Shown: piece by piece, positions 1 through 9,668 of the stretch | Layout of the letters: every line of letters begins with the position of its first letter | How positions within the stretch are numbered: position 1 is the first letter of the stretch | Assembly (NCBI GenBank): GCA_011364925.1 | Contig: RDOA01000011.1 | Coordinates: 1 to 64,000, forward strand | Source: Promethearchaeota archaeon | Lineage (GTDB): Archaea > Asgardarchaeota > Lokiarchaeia > Sigyniarchaeales > SOKP01 | Direction: 5' to 3' | DNA length: 64,000 bases | Notes under the pieces: generated by a model | Database searches by the model: none | What the model was told of the DNA's origin: nothing | Seen by the model: only the letters and a program-made list of their open reading frames with translations | Made by a program: the position numbers and the translations under genes

Positions 1-2
1 CG

Positions 3-1475
3 CAAATCTTATCTTATGCTACTGAGGAGGAATTACGAGTTATCAATCAAATTTTAAAAAGAAGAAAAACTAGGACTATTTCAGGCGTTTCCGTTATTGC
101 AATAATGACAAAACCACTTCCTTGTCCAGGAAATTGTGTTTACTGCCCAGGTCAAGATTCCCAACCCAATCAAAAAGTAGCTCAATCTTATACAGGTCGT
201 GAACCAGCTGCGATGCGATCAATTCACAATAACTACGATCCCTATGCTCAAGTGCGAAGTAGAATCAATGATCTAGAAGCGATTGGCCATATTGTAGATA
301 AAATCGAGCTTGTGTGCATGGGTGGCACATTCCTTTCTGCCCCCACTGAATATCAAGAAAAATTCATTAAAGGTGCTTATGAAGGTATTGTAGAAACAAG
401 GGTAACCAATTTAGAGGAAATAAAAAGACTTGCAGAAAAATCAAAAAGAAGGTTAATAGGATTAACAATTGAAACTCGTCCAGATTATTGCACGGAGCCA
501 TATGTAGACATGATGTTAAACTATGGGGCAACACGAGTAGAAATAGGAATTCAAACTGTATTTGATGAAATTTATAAAAAAGTAAATCGAGGTCATACTA
601 CTCAAGATAGTATCGATGCCATAAGGATTGCGAGAGATGCGGGTTTAAAAGTCAATGCTCACATCATGCCTAATTTGCCTGGTTCCGACTACGCTAAAGA
701 CCTAGAAATGTTTGATCATCTTTTCAATTCTCCTGATTATCGACCAGATATGTTAAAGATTTACCCTTGCTTAGTAATTAAAGGAACACTATTGTATGAT
801 TGGTGGAAAGCAGGTGAATACAAACCATATTCCTTAGATGAATTGATAACCTTAATAGCGACTGTAAAACAAAAAATTCCTTTGTATATGAGGATTCAAA
901 GAATTATGAGAGATATACCTGCGTTTCTTATTGAAGCTGGTTGCAAAAAGAGTAATTTAAGACAATTGGTACACGAGAGATTAGAAAATCTTAATGCTAA
1001 ATGTAATTGTATAAGGTGCCGAGAATATGGAATTGCTAAAAAAACTTCAAACATAGATCATAACACTTTTAAAGATATTAAGTTGTACCGCTACGATTAT
1101 GAAGCTTCAAAAGGACATGAAATATTTCTCTCATATGAGAATCAAAAAGAAAATTATCTTGTAGCGTACTTGAGATTGAGAAGACCATCAGAATTTGCTC
1201 ATCGACAGGAATTGAATGATGGAAAAACAATGATAGTAAGGGAAGTGAAGGTTGTTGGTGAATTAGTTCCCAAAGACAAAAAACCATATAGAAACTTACA
1301 GCTTCAACACCGAGGTTTTGGAAAATTACTTATGGAAAATGCTGAAAGGATAGCATCTGAGGAATTTGACTCTAAAAAATTAGCTGTAATAAGTGGTATA
1401 GGTGTAAGGGACTGGTTTTACGAGATTGGCTATAGCCTCGATGGACATTATGTCTCAAAACCTCTAAAAAATTGA
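3..1475 (+). CDS. elp3: Elongator protein 3 (radical SAM + KAT tRNA U34 acetyltransferase), 5'-truncated by the window edge
   Basis: CPGNCVYCP radical-SAM motif, QSYTGxEPA, GGTF, ETRPD, C-terminal KAT QHRGFG. The frame is open back to position 3 (…RKTRTISGVSVIAIM). Confidence 0.95.
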   Translation, partial: QILSYATEEELRVINQILKRRKTRTISGVSVIAIMTKPLPCPGNCVYCPGQDSQPNQKVAQSYTGREPAAMRSIHNNYDPYAQVRSRINDLEAIGHIVDKIELVCMGGTFLSAPTEYQEKFIKGAYEGIVETRVTNLEEIKRLAEKSKRRLIGLTIETRPDYCTEPYVDMMLNYGATRVEIGIQTVFDEIYKKVNRGHTTQDSIDAIRIARDAGLKVNAHIMPNLPGSDYAKDLEMFDHLFNSPDYRPDMLKIYPCLVIKGTLLYDWWKAGEYKPYSLDELITLIATVKQKIPLYMRIQRIMRDIPAFLIEAGCKKSNLRQLVHERLENLNAKCNCIRCREYGIAKKTSNIDHNTFKDIKLYRYDYEASKGHEIFLSYENQKENYLVAYLRLRRPSEFAHRQELNDGKTMIVREVKVVGELVPKDKKPYRNLQLQHRGFGKLLMENAERIASEEFDSKKLAVISGIGVRDWFYEIGYSLDGHYVSKPLKN

Positions 1476-1598
1476 TTTTTTCGTGTTTCAAATTGCAAAT
1501 ACGGACCAATTGGATTTAATAAGCGTTAAAGATTTAAACAAAAAAAATTAAATCTTCTTTAATTTATCATGATAACAGATCAACATCTGTGATTTGCG

Positions 1599-3926
1599 TT
1601 GGAAAGTAGACCCTTAGAAGAGCTTGTTCGAGAAATTCCTCATCTTTCTTTAAACGTGTCATTGTCATACACGCGAGCTTTAATTGAATCTCCCGAAAAA
1701 CCAATGATTATTAGACAAGCATTAGGTTTAGAAAAAACGTTAGTAAATCTTCCTACAATTATACGACCCGATGAGATAATCGTTGGAACTTTTGATAATA
1801 AAATTCCTGTTGCTATTCCTAGAATGGAAGGAAGTGGATTTAGAATTTTAAAAGAATTAACCACGCTTCCAAATAGAGAAGTAAACCCTATCAACGTAAA
1901 AGATGAAGATAGAATAAGATTAGAGAGAGAAATTGCTCCATTTTATGAAAAATTTAAAGTTGACACATACGCGAGAGAAATCGCTGATGAAAGCGTATTT
2001 GAAACTTCCTTTAGTGGATGTGCTTATGTTGCAACTGAAATTGGAGGTATAGCTCATGTTGTGGTTGATTATCCAAGACTAATTACCATAGGTTTAAAAG
2101 AATACATTACCATTTCTCAAGAAAAAGTGACTATCTACAAACGCTTAGAAACTAAGGAAAAGCTTGTCGATGAGAAAATAGCATTTTACGAAGCAATGAT
2201 AATTATCTGCAAATCGTTAATAAATTATTCTCATAAATTTTCAAAATACGCTACTTTTCTTGCTGAAAAAACAGAGAATGAGGAAAGAAAGAACGAATTA
2301 TTAAAGATTGCCGAAGTATGTAAAGCAGTACCCGAAAATCCACCAAGAGATCTCCATGAAGCGATTCAGTTTATTTGGTTCGTTCATATGGCGCTTCATT
2401 TGGAAAACTTTGAACACGGAATTTCGTTTGGTAGAATTGATCAATATTTATGGAAATTCTATGATGGGAATAAAGAAACTGCTGTAAAATTAATTAAAAA
2501 CTTGTTACTTAAAACTAATGAAATCATAGCTTTATATGATACTGTCGCAACTCAGTATTTTGGTGGTATGGCAACTACTCAAAACATCCTAATAGGTGGG
2601 ATTGATAAAAATGGTGTTGACGCTACAAATGATCTTACATATATTTTTCTGGACGCAACAGATCAAGCAGCAGTTCCAAGTCCAAATTTGGTAGTGAGAT
2701 TAAATAAAAATACTCCTACTAAACTTATTAAAAAAATTGCAGAAATCTTAGCAAAAGGTAAAAATGTTATAGGGATATATAACGACGAATTAATCGTTCA
2801 AACCCTACAAAATTGTGGATTACTTTTAGAAGAAGCACGCGATTATGGAGTAGTTGGATGTGTCGGATTATCCACATCTGGAACGTCTTACGACAATACT
2901 GGAGCTATATTTTTAAATATGCCGAAAGCTTTGGAGCTTGCCTTAGGGACAGATAAATCTTTTGTCAGCAGATACATCGAGAATTATCGTGAACCTGGTA
3001 ATTTCAAATCAATAGAGAATGTATTAGAAATTTTTAGCGTAAAACTTAAAGCCTTGATGAGAATGGCAGTTACAGCAGCGAACGCTTACCAACAAGCACA
3101 CAAAGTAGTAAAGCCAACCCCTTTAATGTCACTGTGTATTCGAGGAAGTTTTGAGAAAGGAATTGATGTAAATGAAGGCTCCGCTAAGTATAATTTTTCA
3201 GGTATTCATGTGACTGGTTTTTCAGATGTCGTAGATTCACTAGCCGCTATAGATTGGGCTGTTTTTAAAGAAACGAAAATAAAAATGGAAGATTTAATCA
3301 ACTCTTTGAAGCAAAATTTTAGAGGTAGTAAGGACATTCAAAGTTACCTGATGTATAAATGCCCAAAATACGGAAATGATGATGAAAATGCAGATATTTA
3401 CGCTCAAAAAGCCATAAAGATTCTTGCGGAATCTGTAAATGGACTAAAAAGCGCTCGAGGAGGTGATTACAGAGTGGGGATTCACGCAATGACGACTCAT
3501 GTTGGTTTTGGAATCTTTACTGGAGCACTTCCTTCTGGTAGAAGAAAAGGAAGGCCATTAAATAGGGATATAGCTCCAGGATTTACTGGTGAAAAAGGAA
3601 TAACGGCCGCTCTTAACAGTGTAACCAAAATTGACCACTCACTACTTACTAATGGTGTTGCTTGTACGCTCAATATCGATCCTAACATAGTTTTATTGGA
3701 TGATGGGAGGATATTCGAATCAATCCTAAGAACTTATGTGAAATTAAATGGTTCTCATCTACAATTTAACGCTATATCTCTAGAAACGCTTGTAGAAGCT
3801 CAAAAATATCCCGATATTTACAAAGATTTAATGGTAAGGGTGTCAGGTTATAGTGCGAGGTATACTGAATTACCTATAGCTGTCCAAGATGACATCAAGG
3901 AACGATATTGTTATTCTAAATTATAG
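1599..3926 (+). CDS. Glycyl radical enzyme (PFL2/PflD-like family), substrate unknown
   Basis: IRPDEIIVG, SFGRIDQYL, Cys loop VVGCVG, PKYGNDD, C-terminal glycyl-radical motif LMVRVSGYS. Confidence 0.9.
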   Translation: MESRPLEELVREIPHLSLNVSLSYTRALIESPEKPMIIRQALGLEKTLVNLPTIIRPDEIIVGTFDNKIPVAIPRMEGSGFRILKELTTLPNREVNPINVKDEDRIRLEREIAPFYEKFKVDTYAREIADESVFETSFSGCAYVATEIGGIAHVVVDYPRLITIGLKEYITISQEKVTIYKRLETKEKLVDEKIAFYEAMIIICKSLINYSHKFSKYATFLAEKTENEERKNELLKIAEVCKAVPENPPRDLHEAIQFIWFVHMALHLENFEHGISFGRIDQYLWKFYDGNKETAVKLIKNLLLKTNEIIALYDTVATQYFGGMATTQNILIGGIDKNGVDATNDLTYIFLDATDQAAVPSPNLVVRLNKNTPTKLIKKIAEILAKGKNVIGIYNDELIVQTLQNCGLLLEEARDYGVVGCVGLSTSGTSYDNTGAIFLNMPKALELALGTDKSFVSRYIENYREPGNFKSIENVLEIFSVKLKALMRMAVTAANAYQQAHKVVKPTPLMSLCIRGSFEKGIDVNEGSAKYNFSGIHVTGFSDVVDSLAAIDWAVFKETKIKMEDLINSLKQNFRGSKDIQSYLMYKCPKYGNDDENADIYAQKAIKILAESVNGLKSARGGDYRVGIHAMTTHVGFGIFTGALPSGRRKGRPLNRDIAPGFTGEKGITAALNSVTKIDHSLLTNGVACTLNIDPNIVLLDDGRIFESILRTYVKLNGSHLQFNAISLETLVEAQKYPDIYKDLMVRVSGYSARYTELPIAVQDDIKERYCYSKL

Positions 3927-4044
3927 GCAGGTAACTGTATTTAATTCGAAGTATTAGTTTTTAGATTTTACATACAATATATTCAAATTGTAAAATGAAT
4001 TAAACAGTTCATAGTAGTAGTATTTTATTCTTAAATGATGTAAT

Positions 4045-5964
4045 ATGGACAATTTCGATTATGAAGAATTAGGATTAAAATGTGGTTTAGAAATCCATCA
4101 ACAACTTGACACTGAAACGAAACTATTTTGTAGATGTCCTAGTACACTTCAAGGAACTAGAACGCCAGATTTTACTACAAAGAGATATATGAGACCCGTT
4201 TTAGGAGAGATGGGTACATTTGATAAAGCGATGTTAACTGAATATAAAAAAGGGAAAACAATCATTTATGAAGGATACAACGATGTTATTTGTACTTACG
4301 AATTAGACGATACTCCTCCGTTTTCCTGCAACGATGAAGCTAGAAATATAGCATTACAAATTGCGTTACTTCTTAACGCAAATATAATCGAGGAGATGCA
4401 TGTAAGTAGAAAAAATTATCTTGATGGAAGCGTCCCTTGTGGATTTCAACGCACGATGATTTTAGGCACTGATGGATACATACAACTAAACAACGATAAA
4501 AAAGTCAGAATCGATATTTTGAGTTTAGAAGAAGAAGCTGCTAGGAGAATTAAAACTGAAAATAAAACCAATTATTATAGGTTAGATAGACTCGGTATTC
4601 CACTAGTAGAAGTAACAACTAAACCAGATATAAATACACCAGAAGAATGTAGAGAATGTGCTGAAAGAATAGGATTACTGTTGTGGATAACTAATGTAAA
4701 AAAAGTTCTTGGCTCAATCAGGCAAGATATAAATGTAAGCATTAAATCAGGAACTAGGATTGAAATTAAAGGCGTTCAAAAATTGAGTTGGATTCCTTTA
4801 CTAATTAATCAAGAAATTTCACGCCAGCTTCACCTAGTAGAAATTAGGGAGGAGTTAAAAAAAAGAAAAATAAATGAAGATAACTTACCTCAAGAACCCG
4901 TAGATTTGACAAATATCTTGGCAAAAAGTAAATCTAAGTTCATTTCTAATGGAATTAAATCAGGAAAGAAAGTTTATGGCTTCAATTTTAAAGGATTTAA
5001 AGATATTTTTGGGAAGGAACTAATGGAAAATTACAGATTTGGAACCGAGGTAAGTAGTAAAGTCAAGGTCATCTCAGGTTTAAAAGGGATAATTCATTCA
5101 GACGAAAAATTAGAAAATTATAATTTTTCTAAAGATGATGTTAAAAATGTTAAAGATAAATTGGATTCGAAAGAAGGGGACTGTTTTGTGCTAATTCTTG
5201 GATCTGTCAAAGAACTTAATAAAGCATCTGATATAATAATTGATCGTATTGAATTGGCTTTTAAGGGCGTTCCTCCAGAGACGAGAAAAGCGCTTGAAAA
5301 TGGAACAACTGAATTCTTGAGAGAACTTCATGGTGGTGCTCGTCTCTATCCAGACACAGACTCACAAGCAATAATGAATACCGATGAAGAAATAAAGAAG
5401 ATACAAAATAATTTACCCAATTACCCATGGGAAATAATTGAAAATTACGCTATAAAGTACAATATTGAAGAGAGCTCTGTTAAAGAATTAATTTTTGAAG
5501 GGAAGCTAACTCTATTTGAAAGCTTAATAGAAATTTACCCAAAGAAACCCTCAATTGTTATAAACACCTTATTAAACAAAGCAAAAGCAATTAAAAGGGA
5601 AGGAAAAGAAATAGAAAACGTAACGGATGAAGATTACAAAAAAATCTTCTTAGAATTGAAAAATAAAAAGATTGGTAAGGAAGCAATAGATGATATAATG
5701 AGATTAAAAGCAGATTCTCCAAATCTCACTATCGAACAATCTATAGAGAAACTTAACCTCGAAAGTCTTTCGCTTGAAGATTTAAAATCATTAATCGGGG
5801 AAGTCATAAATAAAAATCTTAATCTCGTTATAGAAAGAGAAATGAAATCCATGAGCCCACTAATGGGAGAAGTAATGAAAGAAGTAAGAGGTAAAATTGA
5901 TGGTCAAATTGTGTCTAATGAATTGAAAAAACAACTAACTAACAAATTAAAGGAGATGAAATAA
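4045..5964 (+). CDS. gatE: Glu-tRNA(Gln) amidotransferase subunit E
   Basis: GLKCGLEIHQQL, KLFCRCP, GFQRT, LDRLGIPLVEV, IRQDINVSI, GARLYPDTD, C-terminal Yqey-like domain. Confidence 0.97.
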   Translation: MDNFDYEELGLKCGLEIHQQLDTETKLFCRCPSTLQGTRTPDFTTKRYMRPVLGEMGTFDKAMLTEYKKGKTIIYEGYNDVICTYELDDTPPFSCNDEARNIALQIALLLNANIIEEMHVSRKNYLDGSVPCGFQRTMILGTDGYIQLNNDKKVRIDILSLEEEAARRIKTENKTNYYRLDRLGIPLVEVTTKPDINTPEECRECAERIGLLLWITNVKKVLGSIRQDINVSIKSGTRIEIKGVQKLSWIPLLINQEISRQLHLVEIREELKKRKINEDNLPQEPVDLTNILAKSKSKFISNGIKSGKKVYGFNFKGFKDIFGKELMENYRFGTEVSSKVKVISGLKGIIHSDEKLENYNFSKDDVKNVKDKLDSKEGDCFVLILGSVKELNKASDIIIDRIELAFKGVPPETRKALENGTTEFLRELHGGARLYPDTDSQAIMNTDEEIKKIQNNLPNYPWEIIENYAIKYNIEESSVKELIFEGKLTLFESLIEIYPKKPSIVINTLLNKAKAIKREGKEIENVTDEDYKKIFLELKNKKIGKEAIDDIMRLKADSPNLTIEQSIEKLNLESLSLEDLKSLIGEVINKNLNLVIEREMKSMSPLMGEVMKEVRGKIDGQIVSNELKKQLTNKLKEMK

Positions 5965-7323
5965 GTGGAAAATAAATTAAAAGGATATAAGGGGAAATCT
6001 ATAAATTTTTTAAAAAAAAAATCGATAGAAATTTGGGACATCGTTCAAATAACAACAGATAGAACCCTCTTAGAAGGAATTCTAATGCCTAGAAGTGAAT
6101 ATTCCGCACCCGATTTTATAGAAATTAAGTTAGAAAACAACTATAATGTTGGAATCAATGTTTCTGAAATAAAAAATATAAAAAAAATAGGAAAAAGAGA
6201 AGCACATTACAAGTTTCCGGAAAAAGAATTTCCATACAATAAAAATGTACCTAAAGTTCAAATGTTAGGGACAGGAGGAACGGTCGCTTCAAGATTAGAT
6301 TATACAACGGGCGCTGTTATCCCTTCTTTTACTCCCAGCGAATTGTATAGCTCTGTTCCTGAATTAGCAGAAATTTGTAACCTAGATTGTGAAATTGTTT
6401 TCGAGATTCTATCAGAAAATATGAAATCTGAATATTGGCAAAAATTAGCTGAAAAAATATTACAAGCTATAGAATCTGGTTTTAACGGAGTAATTATAGG
6501 ACATGGAACTGATACTATGTCATTTACTAGTGCAGCCTTGTCTTTCATGTTAAAAGACCTTTCTATTCCAGTTGTCCTAACAGGAAGTCAAAGAAGTTCT
6601 GATCGTCCTTCTTCTGATGCTGCTCTAAACTTAATAAATGCTGCGGTCGTAGCAACTTCCGATATAGCAGAGGTAGTAGTAACTATGTTAGGTTCTCCCT
6701 CGCACGATTATGGATTAATTCATAGGGGAACATTAGTAAGAAAAATGCATTCTTCTGTTAGAAATACGTTTCGAACAATAGATGATATTCCAATTGGAAT
6801 GGTAAAAGACCGTAAGATTAAAACTTTTTATGACAACTATAGAAAGCGAAGTACAACTGAAACTACTATCAATACGAACTTTGAGAAAAAAGTAGCTCTT
6901 GTTTATTTCTATCCGGGAATGGAAAAAGATATAGTTGATTTTTATATTGATAAAGGATACAAAGGTATTGTATTTGCTGGTACAGGTTTAGGTCATGTGA
7001 GTACAGACATCTACGATTCGATAGAAAGAGCAATTCAAGATAATATAACTCTTTTGATGACCACTCAAACGATTCATGGTTTTGTTGGGATGAATGTCTA
7101 TTCAACTGGAAGAGAACTCCAAGATTTAGGAGTCATCCCTGGAAGAAATTTATTACCTGAAGTTGGATACATTAAATTAGGATGGGTTTTAGGACAAACT
7201 AAAGATCCAAAAGAAATAAAAAATTTGCTAATGTCCAATATTGCAGGTGAATTTATAGAAAGAGAAATTCCAATTGCGTTTAATTACAATATTGACGAAT
7301 TATTAAGAAATAATAAACTGTAA
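5965..7323 (+). CDS. gatD: Glu-tRNA(Gln) amidotransferase subunit D
   Basis: GTGGTVASRLDY, HGTDT, GSQRSSDRPSSDA; abuts gatE. Confidence 0.97.
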   Translation: MENKLKGYKGKSINFLKKKSIEIWDIVQITTDRTLLEGILMPRSEYSAPDFIEIKLENNYNVGINVSEIKNIKKIGKREAHYKFPEKEFPYNKNVPKVQMLGTGGTVASRLDYTTGAVIPSFTPSELYSSVPELAEICNLDCEIVFEILSENMKSEYWQKLAEKILQAIESGFNGVIIGHGTDTMSFTSAALSFMLKDLSIPVVLTGSQRSSDRPSSDAALNLINAAVVATSDIAEVVVTMLGSPSHDYGLIHRGTLVRKMHSSVRNTFRTIDDIPIGMVKDRKIKTFYDNYRKRSTTETTINTNFEKKVALVYFYPGMEKDIVDFYIDKGYKGIVFAGTGLGHVSTDIYDSIERAIQDNITLLMTTQTIHGFVGMNVYSTGRELQDLGVIPGRNLLPEVGYIKLGWVLGQTKDPKEIKNLLMSNIAGEFIEREIPIAFNYNIDELLRNNKL

Positions 7324-7432
7324 TTTATCCACTCAGCATTTCTCTAGAAATCAATAAATTCTTTCCAAAATAATAAAAAATTTAAACTTTTAATAATTAG
7401 ATCTTACTAATTCGATATAACAAGTGAACCTT

Positions 7433-8161
7433 ATGGGAAAGCGAATATTAGCTCGAAGGAAGGGATATGGGAATCTATGGGCCCGATCTCCTAGTCATCG
7501 ACATGTGGGAGAAGTAAAATATCGTCCCTTCAAAAAGAATGAGAAAACATTAAAATTTAAAGTAATTGAATTAGTTCACGCTCCTGGAAGAGGTACTCCA
7601 ATAGCAAAGATAAAGTACGAAGACGGTCAAAAAGACTTGTGGCTCCCTCCTGAAGGTATCTATGAAGGACAAGAATTTATTCAATCTAAAACGGGATACG
7701 GTCAAGAAGTGAAAGTAGGAAATATCTTACCTTTGAGGAAAGTTCCTATTGGAACATTAGTCTTTAATATTGAAGGAACTCCCCTGGATGGAGGTAAATT
7801 TGCAAGAGCCTCTGGAGTTGCTGCCATTGTACGAAATAGGTCAGGTAAAAATATCGAATTACTATTCCGTTCAAAAAAGACTAAATGGTTTGATCAAAAT
7901 TGCCTTTGTACCGTTGGTGTAGTTGCAGGAGGCGGGAGGACTGATAAACCATTCCTAAAAGCAGGAAATGCCTACCACGCATATAGCTCTAAAGCTAAAA
8001 AATGGCCAGTAGTTCGTGGAGTAACTATGAATGCGACAAGCCACCCTTATGGCGGAGGGGCAAAGCAGAGTCCTCATAAACCAACAACCACATCCCGCAA
8101 CGCTCCTCCTGGCAGAAAAGTTGGACAAATAGCTGCTAGAAGAACGGGACATCAGAATTAG
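7433..8161 (+). CDS. rpl2: 50S ribosomal protein uL2
   Basis: MGKRILARR, HAPGRGTP, GVVAGGGRTDKP, WPVVRGVTMN..SHPYGGG, PPGRKVG. Confidence 0.97.
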   Translation: MGKRILARRKGYGNLWARSPSHRHVGEVKYRPFKKNEKTLKFKVIELVHAPGRGTPIAKIKYEDGQKDLWLPPEGIYEGQEFIQSKTGYGQEVKVGNILPLRKVPIGTLVFNIEGTPLDGGKFARASGVAAIVRNRSGKNIELLFRSKKTKWFDQNCLCTVGVVAGGGRTDKPFLKAGNAYHAYSSKAKKWPVVRGVTMNATSHPYGGGAKQSPHKPTTTSRNAPPGRKVGQIAARRTGHQN

Positions 8162-8307
8162 AATCATATTTATATTCTTCTCAAAGTGTTTTAAACGAAA
8201 AAACTATCTTCTTCTTGATAATCACTTTTTAATAAAATTTTGAAATAAGAATATTAACTGATCTAAGATTATTTTAAATATAGAAATTATAAATCTATAA
8301 ATTTGAC

Positions 8308-9666
8308 ATGGAACATAAATTTATTAATCCTGTTGAAACTCGTTATCGAACGGAATTAGCTGAACTTTTTACTGAAGATAAAAAATTGGAATATTGGCTA
8401 AAAATTGAGGCCGAGTTAGCTAAAGCACACGCAAAATTAGAAAATATTCCTCAAGATGCTGCCGTAGAAATCAATAAAAAAGCTAATTTGAATTATGTTA
8501 AACTGAATCGAGTAAAAGAGATCGATAAAGAAATACATCACGATTTAATGGCTATGGTTAAGGCGTTGTCTGAACAATGCGAAGGTTCTGCTGGTAAATA
8601 TGTTCACTTGGGAGCAACCAGTTATGATATTGAAGACACAGCAACTGCCCTTCAGTTAAAGGATGCATTGCTCTATATCAGAGGTTCTTTAAAAAATCTT
8701 CTAATAACTTTAATTAAACTTGTTGAAGAAAAGAAGGAACTCATATGTATTGGAAGAACTCATGGACAACATGCAATTCCGACCACCTATGGAATGAGAT
8801 TTGGTGTTTGGGCATATGAAGTGGATAGGCATTTAGACAGATTAAAAGAAGTTCTCGATCGTATCTCTTATGGTAAAATGTCTGGTGCTGTGGGTACAAT
8901 GGCTAGTTTTGGGGAAAAAGGCATTGAAATTCAGAAGATTGTAATGAAAGAACTTAATTTAAATCCAGCTTTGTTAACAAACCAAGTTATTCAGAGAGAT
9001 CGGCACGCTGAGGTTATTTTTTTGACATCATTAATAGGACAATCATTAGCCAAGATCTCAAGGCAATTCCGAGTACTCCAAAGAAACGAGATTGCGGAAA
9101 TGTTCGAACCCTTTGAAACGAACCAAGTTGGGAGCTCTACTATGCCTCATAAGAGGAATCCTCATAAATCTGAACGGATATGTAGTCTAGCACGTGTTCT
9201 AAAATCCAATGTAATTCCCGCCTTAGATAATATAATATTGGAGGATGAAAGAGATTTAACGAACTCTGCAAACGAGAGAATAATTATTGCTGAAAACTTC
9301 ATTCTATTAGATTTCATGATAAAACAACTAACTAATATCATCGATGGGGCTGAATTCGACGAAAGTAACATAGAAAAGAATTTAAACCTTACTAAAGGAG
9401 CCATCTTATCCGAAAAAATTATGGTTAACCTTGTTGATAAGGGTATAGGGAGACAGGAGGGCCACGAAATTTTAAGGAATGCAGTAATAAAATCAAAAAA
9501 CGAAAATCGTTCACTTAAAGAAATTTTACTTGAGAATCCGAAGATTATGGAGATTTTCACAAACACCGAAATCGATGAATTATTAAACCCACATAATTAC
9601 TTAGGAAAAGCTTTTGAACAAGTTGATAATGTGTTGCAATTTTTGAAAAATAAATATCAAATATAA
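8308..9666 (+). CDS. purB: Adenylosuccinate lyase
   Basis: HLGATSYD, GRTHGQHA, GSSTMPHKRNP. Confidence 0.96.
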   Translation: MEHKFINPVETRYRTELAELFTEDKKLEYWLKIEAELAKAHAKLENIPQDAAVEINKKANLNYVKLNRVKEIDKEIHHDLMAMVKALSEQCEGSAGKYVHLGATSYDIEDTATALQLKDALLYIRGSLKNLLITLIKLVEEKKELICIGRTHGQHAIPTTYGMRFGVWAYEVDRHLDRLKEVLDRISYGKMSGAVGTMASFGEKGIEIQKIVMKELNLNPALLTNQVIQRDRHAEVIFLTSLIGQSLAKISRQFRVLQRNEIAEMFEPFETNQVGSSTMPHKRNPHKSERICSLARVLKSNVIPALDNIILEDERDLTNSANERIIIAENFILLDFMIKQLTNIIDGAEFDESNIEKNLNLTKGAILSEKIMVNLVDKGIGRQEGHEILRNAVIKSKNENRSLKEILLENPKIMEIFTNTEIDELLNPHNYLGKAFEQVDNVLQFLKNKYQI

Positions 9667-9668
9667 AA

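Noticed and set aside
3-3926. Elp3 acting as the activating enzyme for the adjacent GRE
   Set aside because: It is a canonical Elp3 with a KAT domain, not a GRE-AE, and a 123-bp intergenic gap suggests separate units.
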